64,000 nt of DNA, from assembly GCA_963777605.1 (NCBI GenBank), contig CAVZRV010000008.1, forward strand, positions 32,001 to 96,000, read 5' to 3'. This document shows, one piece after another, positions 40,338 through 50,076 of the stretch (its first letter is position 1; every line of letters begins with the position of its first letter). This DNA comes from an uncultured Acidobacteriota bacterium. Lineage in GTDB: Bacteria; Acidobacteriota; UBA6911; RPQK01; JAPXNP01. The position numbers and the translations under genes are program-made. The notes under the pieces are model-generated. The model had not been told where the DNA came from, did no database searches, and saw only the letters and a program-made list of their open reading frames with translations.

Positions 40338-41885
40338 ATGAACTTGACCGCAGACAGAGAGGAACGAGTTCGAGCACTGCTCAAAAAACTGGAAATTCAG
40401 GACGTCAACAGAGGGGCGTGCACGGGGTTTGATCAGTGGCTGGATGTAAGCGGTGGCGAACTGGTCTCGTACGACCCCACGAATGGAAAGCCCCTGGCCA
40501 GCGTGACCCAGTGCGATGCGGCCTCGTACGACTCGATCATCGACAAGGCTGTCCGGGCATTTCACTCCTGGAAGAACGTTCCCGCGCCCAAAAGAGGCCT
40601 TCTGGTTCGAGACCTTGGAAATGCCCTTCGTGAGGTCCAGGAGCCTCTCGGGGAGTTAATCGCCGTTGAAATGGGCAAGATCAGGGCCGAGGGAGTGGGT
40701 GAAGTTCAGGAGATGATCGATATCTGTGATTTTGCCGTCGGCCTGTCACGCCAGCTGTATGGGCTGACGATGCCGTCGGAACGGGCCGCTCACCGGATGT
40801 TCGAGCAGTGGCACCCTCTGGGTGCGATCGGGATCATTACCGCGTTCAATTTTCCGGCCGCGGTCTGGGCCTGGAACTCTGCGATCGCTGCGGTGTCCGG
40901 AGACACCATGCTGTGGAAGCCCTCGCATTCGACTCCGCTCGTCGCAATTGCCATCCAGAACGTGGCCAACCGGGTTTGCCGGGACCATGGTGTGGACGGC
41001 ATCTTCAACCTGATCGTCGGCAACCGGCATGAGGTGGGCGACAAGATGCTCGGGGACCCCAGAGTCTCGCTGATCAGCTTCACGGGCTCCGTTCGTGTCG
41101 GAAAGCATGTGGCCTCGACCGTCACCGGCCGCCTTGGTCGCACTATTCTCGAGTTGGGGGGGAACAACGCTGTTATCGTCACGCCTCACGCCAGGCTTGA
41201 CCTTGCGTTGCGCGCCGTGCTCTTTGGGGCGGTCGGTACCGCCGGGCAGCGTTGTACGACGACCCGCCGTCTGATCATTCACAAGAGCATTTCCGAAGAA
41301 TTCTGCCGCAAACTGGTCTTCGCCTATCAGCAGTTGACGATCGGGGATCCGGTTGAATCTTCGACCCTGATGGGCCCGCTCGTTCACGAAGGTGCGGTGG
41401 AAGACATGATGGCCGCCCTGGACGCAGTTCGGAAGCAGGGCGGCGAGATTCTCACCGGCGGGAGGAGGCTACCCGAACTCGGAGCCTGTTTCGTTGAACC
41501 GACGATCGTCAGAGTCCCCAGCCAGACACCCATGGTCTGCGAAGAGACCTTTGCCCCAATCCTTTACGTTCTCGAGTACGAAACAATCGAGGAAGCGATC
41601 GCTATCCATAATGGAGTTCCTCAGGGCCTGTCCAGTGCGATATTTACTACCAACCTCCAGGAGTCGGAGCGGTTCCTTTCGCTGGGTGGCTCGGACTGCG
41701 GAATCGCCAACGTCAACCTCGGCACCAGCGGTGCGGAGATCGGTGGAGCGTTCGGAGGCGAAAAGGACACGGGAGGCGGCCGGGAGTCGGGTTCCGACGC
41801 CTGGAAAGCGTACATGCGGCGGCAGACCAACACAGTCAACTGGTCCGACAATCTTCCACTGGCACAGGGGATCAAATTCGGCTAG
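40338..41885 (+). CDS. ALDH family 7 (piperideine-6-carboxylate / aminoadipate-semialdehyde dehydrogenase)
   Basis: GEVQEMIDICDFAVGLSRQLYG, AFNFP, GTAGQRCTT, SDCGIANVN, GGGRESGSDAWK. Confidence 0.94.
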   Translation: MNLTADREERVRALLKKLEIQDVNRGACTGFDQWLDVSGGELVSYDPTNGKPLASVTQCDAASYDSIIDKAVRAFHSWKNVPAPKRGLLVRDLGNALREVQEPLGELIAVEMGKIRAEGVGEVQEMIDICDFAVGLSRQLYGLTMPSERAAHRMFEQWHPLGAIGIITAFNFPAAVWAWNSAIAAVSGDTMLWKPSHSTPLVAIAIQNVANRVCRDHGVDGIFNLIVGNRHEVGDKMLGDPRVSLISFTGSVRVGKHVASTVTGRLGRTILELGGNNAVIVTPHARLDLALRAVLFGAVGTAGQRCTTTRRLIIHKSISEEFCRKLVFAYQQLTIGDPVESSTLMGPLVHEGAVEDMMAALDAVRKQGGEILTGGRRLPELGACFVEPTIVRVPSQTPMVCEETFAPILYVLEYETIEEAIAIHNGVPQGLSSAIFTTNLQESERFLSLGGSDCGIANVNLGTSGAEIGGAFGGEKDTGGGRESGSDAWKAYMRRQTNTVNWSDNLPLAQGIKFG

Positions 41886-41889
41886 GGGA

Positions 41890-41921
41890 ACAAGGAGAGG
41901 CAGGATCCTGCCTCTCCTTGT
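41890..41921. repeat. Perfect 32-bp palindrome between convergent operons (probable terminator/stabiliser hairpin)
   Basis: ACAAGGAGAGGCAGGATCCTGCCTCTCCTTGT is its own reverse complement; starts 5 nt after the ALDH7 stop. Confidence 0.85.
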
Positions 41922-41929
41922 CATCTATT

Positions 41930-41953
41930 AAAAACCCGAGCTTTTAACTCGGG
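41930..41953 (-). terminator. Intrinsic terminator for the iscS-iscU-like operon
   Basis: CCCGAG/CTCGGG stem followed on the minus strand by TTTTT. Confidence 0.55.
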
Positions 41954-42018
41954 ACGAAGCCTGTTTCGCTACACCCTAATTAGACGCGGCAAGGGGGAAT
42001 AGGTTTCACTGGTATCGC

Positions 42019-42375
42019 CTACTTTGTAGCGATCGCCGCGTGTAGTGCATCGGTCGCCAGGTCAGCGCCGTGCCGCTTGTGTGGGGGAAGGCCGCCCAGG
42101 TACTCCAGGAGATCTTCCGGTCGGAGGGCAGCGCAATCGCGAACCGGAATGCCGCGGACCATTTCGGCCAAACCCGCCGCGCCGGCAAGGGCGGCGGGAC
42201 AACCTTCCGCGGTGAACCGGCAATCGGCAATCTGCCCGTTCTCGACCCGTAGAAAGAGGGTCACTCGATCGCCGCAGATCGGGTTCTCAACTGAGGCCTC
42301 ATGCGTTGCGTCTTCGAGGGTGCCCGAGTTCGGCAGTTGGCCAACCAACTCCCGGACCTTTTCACTGTAGTTCAC
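42019..42375 (-). CDS. IscU/NifU-N/SufU-like protein lacking the third conserved Cys
   Basis: NPICGD, EGC, LGGLPPHKRHGA (normally HC). Confidence 0.88.
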   Translation of the reverse strand: MNYSEKVRELVGQLPNSGTLEDATHEASVENPICGDRVTLFLRVENGQIADCRFTAEGCPAALAGAAGLAEMVRGIPVRDCAALRPEDLLEYLGGLPPHKRHGADLATDALHAAIATK

Positions 42376-43547
42376 GAACGGACTGACCCCTTCCCAGCAT
42401 TCTGCATTCGCGTGATCGCCCCTCGAACGGCCTCAATTGCGTAGTCGATCTCGGCCTCAGAAGTCAGTCGGCTGAGGCTGAATCGAATGGCACTCTGGAT
42501 TCGGGGCTCCTCCAGGCCCATCGCGAGAAGAACGTGCGACGGTGAGACCGAACCGGAAGCGCAGGCGGCGCCGGTGGAGACGGCCACTCCCTGAAAATCG
42601 AGAGAGACCAGGATCGACTCTCCCTGGAGGCCAGAAAAGCTGATGTTGGTGACGTGTGGCGCACGGACAGCTCCTTCCCCGTTGACTCTCGCCGATGGGA
42701 TAGTCTCGAGGACAGACGCTTCAAGACGATCCCTCAGCGAGCGTACCGCAGAGTCCATCCGATTGAGCGCGCCGGCTGCCTCTTCACAAGCCATTCCCAG
42801 GCCTACGATCCCGGCAACATTCTCTGTCCCGCCCCGCAGTCCCCGCTCCTGGCCACCGCCGAGCATGGTCGGCTCGATTTGGGTTCCGGTGCGGACAAAG
42901 AGTGCCCCGACACCCTTCGGCCCATGAAACTTGTGCCCGGAAAGGGAAAGCAGGTCCACACCCAGGGAACTGACATCGACCGGTATCTTCCCGATCGCCT
43001 GGACAGCATCCGAGTGAACCAGGATCCCGTTCTCCCGGGCCAGTGCGGAGATTTCGGCGAGAGGTTGAACGGACCCGGTTTCGTTGTTGACGTACATTAC
43101 GGACGCCAGGATCGTGTCCTCCCGGACCGCGGACCGAAATGCTTCGGAATCGACCCTGCCGGATGCGTCCGGTTCGAGGTAGGTGACCTCGAATCCCTCC
43201 TCGGCCAGGCGTTCACAAGTTCGCAGGACGGCATGGTGTTCAATGCGGGTGGTGATGATGTGCCGGCCCCGGTCCGATAAGGCTCGTGCGACTCCCTCGA
43301 CTGCGAGATTGTCGGCCTCGGTACCGCCGCAAGTGAAGATCATTTCGCGGGGCGCGGCCCCGATCGAACGGGCGACCTGATCCCGGGCATTTTCCACCGC
43401 CGAACGGGCGTACTGCCCGAAGCCGTGAACCGAGGACGCATTTCCAAAGTGTTCTCTGAAGAACGGAGCCATGGCCTGGAAGACTTCGTCGGCTACCGGT
43501 GTCGTGGCGTTGTTGTCCAGATAGACGGAAGGTTTCTGGTAGGGCAT
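42372..43547 (-). CDS. iscS: Cysteine desulfurase (group I, IscS/NifS type)
   Basis: YLDNNATT, GNASS.H, NNETG, SGHKFHGPKG, STGAACASG. Confidence 0.9.
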   Translation of the reverse strand: MPYQKPSVYLDNNATTPVADEVFQAMAPFFREHFGNASSVHGFGQYARSAVENARDQVARSIGAAPREMIFTCGGTEADNLAVEGVARALSDRGRHIITTRIEHHAVLRTCERLAEEGFEVTYLEPDASGRVDSEAFRSAVREDTILASVMYVNNETGSVQPLAEISALARENGILVHSDAVQAIGKIPVDVSSLGVDLLSLSGHKFHGPKGVGALFVRTGTQIEPTMLGGGQERGLRGGTENVAGIVGLGMACEEAAGALNRMDSAVRSLRDRLEASVLETIPSARVNGEGAVRAPHVTNISFSGLQGESILVSLDFQGVAVSTGAACASGSVSPSHVLLAMGLEEPRIQSAIRFSLSRLTSEAEIDYAIEAVRGAITRMQNAGKGSVRS

Positions 43548-43782
43548 TACGGCATCATAACACCTGCAACCTTGACAGCCGGATTTCCCGGTCTTAAGAA
43601 ATCTTCATGCAGGAATTCGAGAGCGGTCAAGTCGGCGGAAAAAGTTTGGATCAGCTTGACATTGGACCGAGTCGATCTTACATAAGAGATAGTGACATTG
43701 AACAGTTTTGAGAAGTTTAAGTCACGATTGAATTGGATTTTTAGAAAGGTTTAATTAAATAGATGCTAAGGAGGCAATTGCT

Positions 43783-44220
43783 ATGTTTAGCTTAGTTCCT
43801 TTTAAGAGGCCAGCACTGGTTCCTTCCAATATTGATACTATTTTTGATGACTCTTTTTTCAGTTTCTTTGAAGACTCTCCAGTTCGCCGGAACGACTGGA
43901 GTCCCGCTGTTGACATCGCCGAGACCGAAAAGGAATATCGGTTCGTATTCGAAGTCCCGGGTATGGAGCAGAAGAACCTCTCCATCAGCGTCGAGAATCG
44001 GACGCTGACGATTTCGGGTGAGAAAGTCTCCGAAACGCGCGAGAAGGAAGGGAATCTTCGGCTGGAGCGCTGGTTCGGCAAGTTCAGTCGGAGCTTCACG
44101 CTTCCCGAGACGGCTGATGCCGAGAACATCGGTGCGAGTCTTAAGAACGGTGTCCTCACGGTTACCGTAGCGAAGAAAGAGGAAGCGACACCGCGCAAGG
44201 TGGAAGTCAAAGTCAGCTGA
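43783..44220 (+). CDS. Hsp20/alpha-crystallin small heat-shock protein
   Basis: PAVDI.E, EVPG, ERWFGKFSRSF.LP, NGVLTV; RBS TAAGGAGG. Confidence 0.95.
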   Translation: MFSLVPFKRPALVPSNIDTIFDDSFFSFFEDSPVRRNDWSPAVDIAETEKEYRFVFEVPGMEQKNLSISVENRTLTISGEKVSETREKEGNLRLERWFGKFSRSFTLPETADAENIGASLKNGVLTVTVAKKEEATPRKVEVKVS

Positions 44221-44271
44221 TCGCTTCAGCCCTGTCCCCGGATTTGACGGCGGACAGTTTCCATATAGATC

Positions 44272-44306
44272 GGGGTGGCGGCATTTCCCGTCACCCCTTA
44301 TTTTTT
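44272..44306 (+). terminator. Intrinsic terminator after hsp20
   Basis: GGGGTGGCGG-catttc-CCGTCACCCC followed by TTATTTTTT. Confidence 0.85.
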
Positions 44307-44312
44307 GCCCAT

Positions 44313-44690
44313 CTATTCGAGAGCGATTGCCTCGATTTCCACATCGATCTTCATGGGGAGATCGGCCGCCTGAATTGTAGTCCGGGCGGGTGGCACACCT
44401 TCAAAATAGGACCCGTAGACTTCGTTCATCTTCTGGAAGTTGTTCAGGTCGCGAAGGTAGATAGTGGTCTTTACCACCTTTTCCAGAGATGAGCCGGCTG
44501 ATTCCAAAATCAGTCGGAGATTCTGCATTGTCCGGTGGACCTGGTCTTCAATCGGTCCTCGCAGCGGTTGCCCGGTTTCCAGAACCACGGGACCCTGCCC
44601 GGATACAAAAATGAACCCGTTTGCCCGAATGGCGGGGGAGTATGGCCCGGCCGGGGCTGGTCCGTCCTTGGGGAAGATTTGTTCTTTCAT
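44313..44690 (-). CDS. ridA: RidA/YjgF family imine deaminase
   Basis: GPYSPA, FVSGQ, MNEVY..YF, PPART, VEIEAIA. Confidence 0.88.
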   Translation of the reverse strand: MKEQIFPKDGPAPAGPYSPAIRANGFIFVSGQGPVVLETGQPLRGPIEDQVHRTMQNLRLILESAGSSLEKVVKTTIYLRDLNNFQKMNEVYGSYFEGVPPARTTIQAADLPMKIDVEIEAIALE

Positions 44691-44770
44691 TTGCCTCCTT
44701 CATCACGTAATCTGAGAATCCTCAGGTTTTGGCGAGCATGTTACCCACCAGATCAAAGGCTGTCTACACG

Positions 44771-45427
44771 ATGAGCAACACCATTATTCAAAAATTGGAA
44801 GAAATGGGAGTATTTCCGATCATTGTGATCGACGATCCCGATGACGCGGAACCCCTGGGCGAGGCCTTGCTGAAAGCCGGGATGCCCTGTGCCGAAGTAA
44901 CCTTTCGAACCCCCGCTGCGGCCGCCGCAATCGACCGACTTGGCCGGCGCTTTCCCCAGTTGTTGCTGGGTGCCGGGACGGTGCTCAAGATCGATCAGGC
45001 AAAACAGGCAAAAGAGCTCGGAGTCCAGTTCATCCTGTCACCAGGTTTCAACCCGAAGGTCGTCGATTACTGTCTCGGGGAAGGGCTCACGGTCTTCCCC
45101 GGCGTCTGTACGCCTTCCGAGATAGAGGCCGCCATGGACCATGGATTGACCGTCCTGAAATTCTTCCCGGCAGAGGCGATGGGAGGCTTGAATTATCTGA
45201 AGGCAATCTCGGCCCCCCTGTCGATGGTTCGCTTCCTGCCTACCGGAGGAGTCAATCTGCAGAATCTCCCGGCCTACCTGGAATTCAAGCAGACCCTGGC
45301 CTGTGCGGGGACCTGGATCGCAAGGAAGGAGTGGCTGAAGCAGAAGCGTTTCGACCTGATTGCGAAGGAAGCCTCCCAGGCTTTGGAGGTGGTTCGAACA
45401 GTGAGAGAGGGAGGGCTGCATGCCTAG
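44771..45427 (+). CDS. eda: KDPG/KHG aldolase
   Basis: EVTFRT, GAGTVL, SPG, PGV.TPSE, KFFPA, PTGGV. Confidence 0.94.
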   Translation: MSNTIIQKLEEMGVFPIIVIDDPDDAEPLGEALLKAGMPCAEVTFRTPAAAAAIDRLGRRFPQLLLGAGTVLKIDQAKQAKELGVQFILSPGFNPKVVDYCLGEGLTVFPGVCTPSEIEAAMDHGLTVLKFFPAEAMGGLNYLKAISAPLSMVRFLPTGGVNLQNLPAYLEFKQTLACAGTWIARKEWLKQKRFDLIAKEASQALEVVRTVREGGLHA

Positions 45428-46448
45428 AGTGGTGACGTTCGGCGAAATCATGCTGCGATTGAAGTCTCCCGGCTTCGAACGACTGCTTCAGACGCCGGTG
45501 CTGGAGGCGACCTTCGGAGGGGGCGAGTCCAATGTTGCCCAGTCCCTGGCTCACTACGGAATTGACGTCCGCTTCGTGAGCGCGCTGCCCCAAAATGCCA
45601 TTGGAGATGCCTGCATTACCGAACTTCGGCGCTCGGGTGTTGACACCCGGCACATTCTGCGCCGCGGCGACCGGATCGGCATCTACTTCCTGGAAACCGG
45701 GGCTAATCAGCGCCCCTCCACCGTTCTGTACGATCGATCGGGATCGGCCATCGCCGAGTCGCAGCCTGGAGATTTCGACTGGGACTACATTTTCGAAGAC
45801 GTGGACTGGTTCCACTTCACCGGGATTACTCCGGCGATTAGTGCCAGTGCAGCTGCCCTGTGCCGCGAAGCCGTCTCCGCGGCCAGCGCCCGGGGGATCA
45901 CGATCTCGTGCGACTACAACTTTCGCAAGAAGCTCTGGAAGTGGGGCAAGTCTGCCCCGGAGGTTATGAGAGATCTGGTCGAGAGCGTCGATGTCGGGAT
46001 AGCCAACGAAGAAGACTGCCAGAAGTCCCTGGGGATCCGGACCGAGGCCGAGGTTGAAGGAGGCTCCCTCGACTCGGATCGCTATCGAGGGATTGCGGAG
46101 CGTGTCATGGCCGACTTTCCAAACCTGAAGAAACAGGCCATCACCCTTCGCGAGAGCCACAGTGCCGATCATAACGGCTGGTCTGCAGTCCTTCACACCG
46201 GCGACAAGTTTCTGAAGAGCCGGCGCTACTCGATCACCGACATCGTGGACCGGGTAGGTGGAGGCGACTCGTTTGCCGGAGGGTTGATTTACGGGATGCT
46301 CACCTATCAGGATGACCAGAAGGCCCTCGAGTTTGCCGCAGCCGCGTCCTGTCTGAAGCACTCGATTCCTGGTGATGCCAACCGGGTGAAGGTGTCCGAG
46401 GTCGAGGCCCTGATGAGGGGCTCAGGGAGCGGCCGGGTGCAACGTTAG
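45420..46448 (+). CDS. kdgK: 2-keto-3-deoxygluconate kinase (PfkB family)
   Basis: [39 protein letters not shown]; overlaps eda. Confidence 0.9.
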   Translation: MPRVVTFGEIMLRLKSPGFERLLQTPVLEATFGGGESNVAQSLAHYGIDVRFVSALPQNAIGDACITELRRSGVDTRHILRRGDRIGIYFLETGANQRPSTVLYDRSGSAIAESQPGDFDWDYIFEDVDWFHFTGITPAISASAAALCREAVSAASARGITISCDYNFRKKLWKWGKSAPEVMRDLVESVDVGIANEEDCQKSLGIRTEAEVEGGSLDSDRYRGIAERVMADFPNLKKQAITLRESHSADHNGWSAVLHTGDKFLKSRRYSITDIVDRVGGGDSFAGGLIYGMLTYQDDQKALEFAAAASCLKHSIPGDANRVKVSEVEALMRGSGSGRVQR

Positions 46449-46557
46449 CCTGTGGAAGGGCGGTTCAGCAACAGACGGTTTGCGTCGGACCAATCGGAGT
46501 CCAAGGACAGACTAAAAAAGAAGCTGGCTGCCTCCGTTGTAGCTCTCTCAACCGCGC

Positions 46558-46586
46558 TTGCGCACGGGACTCATTCCGGCTAGAAT
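46558..46586 (+). promoter_or_regulatory. Sigma-70-type promoter of tRNA-Phe
   Basis: TTGCGC-N17-TAGAAT ending 15 nt before the tRNA. Confidence 0.7.
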
Positions 46587-46601
46587 ACAGCCTTCATTGA
46601 T

Positions 46602-46674
46602 GCCGGGGTAGCTCAGTCGGTAGAGCAGTGGACTGAAAATCCGCGTGTCGGCGGTTCGATTCCGTCCCCCGGCA
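46602..46674 (+). tRNA. tRNA-Phe (GAA); CCA not encoded
   Basis: Acceptor GCCGGGG/CCCCGGC+A, D arm GCTC..GAGC, anticodon loop CT-GAA-AA (46635-46637), T loop GGTTCGATTCC. Confidence 0.97.
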
Positions 46675-46879
46675 TTTTTGTTTTCCCCAAGTTAATTGGA
46701 CTCCCAACTTGCCTGGGTTATCGTGTATACACGATGCCGAACCACCTGCTTGACCGAAGAGGTTTTCTTCTTGGGACTCGATCTCTCCTCCGGCTGCGCC
46801 GGAAAATCTGGCAAGGTCGGAAGTGGAGTGGCTGAAACCCTCTACGGGAGTGACGGCAGGGGGGGGAGTTGACGAAGGC

Positions 46880-47689
46880 TCAGAACTCGAATTGCCCTCG
46901 AAATTTCATCTTGTTCGGGTGGAACGTTGTCTTCAGTGACCGCTCCTTCAGCGGGATGGTGACAACGGCGTCCTTCGCGGAGGGAGTAACCGTGGGCTCG
47001 CCGTCAATCTCACGGGGGAAGATCAACAGGATCGAACGGGTCGGATGATTTGCCGTGAAGGTGTCCCGAAACTCGGGGACGACGTAAGACCAGGCCATTT
47101 TTTCGACCGCCTGCCCGCCTTCGGGATTCTGCCCGAGGTTTTCAATCGTGACCGTGGCGCCCGCCACCCCGTCCGGGCTCTTCCGATGAGTCACCCGGTT
47201 GACCTGGAAAAGAACGTTGATTGCCGGCACAACCCGGTCTCCAACCTGAAGAGAGGCCTGCTCCATTTGAGGCCCCCCTTCGGAGGCGAGCAGGTCAGGA
47301 AGAAGCCCACTGGTTACAAGGATTAGAATCGGATTCGGGACCGGAAATTCCATCTCCTGCAACATTGCGGAGAACGATCCAGATCGGGCACCACTGGCTG
47401 ATGAGTAACGAATAGAACTCCCGGGACGGACTTCCTCCCGGCGGTCAATGGCTGCCCGCAACGGCTCGGCCAGCCAGCTGAAGCGAATCCACTCGCGGCC
47501 GGACCAGACGTTGGGTGACCCGCGCGGCCGAGTCAGGACACGAACCCCTTCCGAAGTGACCCAGGGAGACTGACGCAAGACCCTTGTTGCATCCCTGGCA
47601 GTCCAATCTTCGACGGGGCGGGACTTCCAGGACGCGCACCCAACGAAACCGACCACCAGGACAACCGCAGTAAAGGCTTGCTGTCGCAT
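46880..47689 (-). CDS. Hypothetical lipoprotein
   Basis: Lipobox FVGC; W..DA..VL..SPW; C-terminal F.P.KM.F.G. Confidence 0.75.
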   Translation of the reverse strand: MRQQAFTAVVLVVGFVGCASWKSRPVEDWTARDATRVLRQSPWVTSEGVRVLTRPRGSPNVWSGREWIRFSWLAEPLRAAIDRREEVRPGSSIRYSSASGARSGSFSAMLQEMEFPVPNPILILVTSGLLPDLLASEGGPQMEQASLQVGDRVVPAINVLFQVNRVTHRKSPDGVAGATVTIENLGQNPEGGQAVEKMAWSYVVPEFRDTFTANHPTRSILLIFPREIDGEPTVTPSAKDAVVTIPLKERSLKTTFHPNKMKFRGQFEF

Positions 47690-47788
47690 AGTTCCTGCTC
47701 GTGTAGAGGGTCTCAGAGATGAAAAGGTTCAGCTCTTGACAGACTCTATAAATTCGAGGGGCAGATGTTTGGAGATAAGGACGATCGG

Positions 47789-48904
47789 TTACCCCCGAAT
47801 CCGCCGCACGAGCCGGACTCCGGTCCGGACCAGCGGGCCGCCCCGCTCTCCGTAGCGCTCAAGGCTCCAGTCCACGATGTCTCGGGCCGGCGTTTGTTGT
47901 TCTGCAGTTGGACGCCGAACCAGGCTCAAGGCCTCCCGCTTGCAGATCGAGGTGCAGACTCCGCAACCGATGCAACGCTCGGCGACCACTTGGGCCGCCT
48001 TCCCATCGAGCCGGATGGCTCCCATCGGACACCTGTCCGCGGAACACCGGCCGCAAGCGGCGCACCGTTCCGTATTCACCGAAGCCACAAAATTGCTGCG
48101 GGCAAGCACGAAGGGTGCCTCGAAATCCCTGACTCCACGCAAGAAGCCGCAGCAACAGGAGCAGCAGTTACACACAAATACCGGGTCCTCCCGGAAGTTG
48201 TATGTCGAGTGGACGAGGCCGGCCTCTTCGGTCTGATCCAGGATCTCCAATGCCTCGCGACGTTCGATGACCCGTCCCGCGTAGGTGAACCGGTCGAAGG
48301 CACCCTCCTGACAGGAAAGCTGGAGGCAGGTTTCGAGCGGATGCGGGCAGGGTTCCCCGGCGATGCCGCGTTCCTTCCGGCAGATGCAGTCACGGACAAC
48401 GAAGGACCGGGCTTCGGCAACGCGCCGGCGAAGGTCTTCATAGGGAAGCACGGAGAGTTCGGCCCGAATGGAGGATTGGGCCGGAATGACCCGCGCCAGC
48501 GCCGGGCCCCGGTTCCAGGCGCCAGTGACGAAGAATGGGTAGTAGGCCTCGAAAAGGCGCGCCAATTCGGCGTCCAGATGATCCACCTGAAACTCGTAAA
48601 TGCCCACGACCCAGGGCGCCAAACCGTACTGCTGAGCCCCGTCCTGCAGGGTGGAGTAAATCTGGCCCCGCGACGCCATCGCTTCCAGGACTCCCCGCGT
48701 TTCCTCGACGGGGCGGCGCAGGCGGCGCGCAATTCGTGCGGGGGGTTGCGGCCAGGGGCGCAGTCGCAGAGCAACCTCCGCATCCTCGGGAGAGAAAATG
48801 CGGCGCAGGATCTTCAATTCGATCTCATCCGGAGTGGAAGGGAACCCCTGGGGGAGGCGATCCAGGCGTTTGGCAAGGCGACGATAGACATCGGGCACAG
48901 TCAT
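47789..48904 (-). CDS. Cys-rich 4Fe-4S binding protein with N-terminal helical/wHTH-like region
   Basis: CICR, CPH...C, CNCCSCCCG, CAACGRC...CP, CIGCGVC...C; RBS GAGGAG. Confidence 0.88.
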   Translation of the reverse strand: MTVPDVYRRLAKRLDRLPQGFPSTPDEIELKILRRIFSPEDAEVALRLRPWPQPPARIARRLRRPVEETRGVLEAMASRGQIYSTLQDGAQQYGLAPWVVGIYEFQVDHLDAELARLFEAYYPFFVTGAWNRGPALARVIPAQSSIRAELSVLPYEDLRRRVAEARSFVVRDCICRKERGIAGEPCPHPLETCLQLSCQEGAFDRFTYAGRVIERREALEILDQTEEAGLVHSTYNFREDPVFVCNCCSCCCGFLRGVRDFEAPFVLARSNFVASVNTERCAACGRCSADRCPMGAIRLDGKAAQVVAERCIGCGVCTSICKREALSLVRRPTAEQQTPARDIVDWSLERYGERGGPLVRTGVRLVRRIRG

Positions 48905-49110
48905 TCTCCTCAAATCCTGTTCGGCAACCAGAAGCCCTCTCGCTCGCGTCGGTCCGCCGATGAGTCAAGTGCAGTTCCACTTCTCATCGACGACTCCAGT
49001 TGCTAAAGTTTTCAAGAGTACCCTGAGACAGACGGGAGTACCACTACGTATAAGCCACGACGGCCTTTTGTGTAACTCCACAGGGGGTCTATTCTGAAAG
49101 CTCTTACCCG

Positions 49111-49839
49111 ATGATTAGACTGGTCGAAATCGCAGAAAGACTGTCCAACCAGGTAGACGGCCTGGCGTTCAGCAAGCCGGTAGACACCGTCTACAACCCG
49201 CTCCGGTACGCGTGGGACGCCCACCTGGCCTATCTCGAGAAGTGGGGACAGCCCCCCAAAGAGGTCATTCTTATGGGAATGAACCCTGGCCCTTGGGGCA
49301 TGGTCCAGACCGGAGTGCCTTTCGGCGAGATCGGCCTGGTGCGAGATTGGCTCGGGATCGAAGAGACGATCCGACAACCCGAAAGGATCCACCCCAGAAG
49401 GCCGATTGAAGGGTTCTCGTGTGGGAGAAGCGAGGTCAGTGGAGCCCGCCTGTGGGGTTGGGCAAGGGACCGGTTCGGCAGTCCCGAGGCCTTTTTCGGG
49501 CGCTTCTTCGTATACAACTACTGCCCCCTGGCTTTCCTCGAAGAAAGCGGCCGGAACCGAACTCCCGATAAGCTCCCGCGTTTGGAAAGAGACGCCCTGT
49601 TTGCGTTTTGTGACGAGGCACTGAAAGAGACGGTGCTGACGCTCAGTCCGACGTTCGTAATCGGAGTCGGAGGATTTGCCGAAGGGAGAGCGCGTTCGGC
49701 CCTCGACGGGCTCGCCGTAAAGATCGGCCGGATTCTCCACCCAAGTCCGGCAAGCCCCCTCGCCAACCGCGGATGGAGCCCAGCAGCCGAAAAGGGCCTG
49801 GAGGCTTGTGGCGTCAGTTTGCCTTCAGTCCTCGATTAG
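49111..49839 (+). CDS. SMUG1-type uracil-DNA glycosylase (UDG family 3)
   Basis: YNPL.YA, GMNPGPWGM.QTGVPFG, SEVSG.RLW, NYCPL, HPSP. Confidence 0.93.
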   Translation: MIRLVEIAERLSNQVDGLAFSKPVDTVYNPLRYAWDAHLAYLEKWGQPPKEVILMGMNPGPWGMVQTGVPFGEIGLVRDWLGIEETIRQPERIHPRRPIEGFSCGRSEVSGARLWGWARDRFGSPEAFFGRFFVYNYCPLAFLEESGRNRTPDKLPRLERDALFAFCDEALKETVLTLSPTFVIGVGGFAEGRARSALDGLAVKIGRILHPSPASPLANRGWSPAAEKGLEACGVSLPSVLD

Positions 49840-50076
49840 CGCCTTTCTGAACGACGGCTGAAACGACGCGGCAGCACCGGACGCTGGAGAACCTGAGACC
49901 AGATTGCCGGTCTCGAATCCCACAAGCATGCTCCGTCGGTTCTTCCGACGGGGATTGCTCGCGAGAAAAGCGGGAGATTGCGGACCTTCACAATCGTCTG
50001 GCGCAGCTCAAACTGTCTGTTACGGCCTTGGTTTAACCTCTTGTCGGTGCTACTGTTTCGGCAAGGAGGATCCCTC

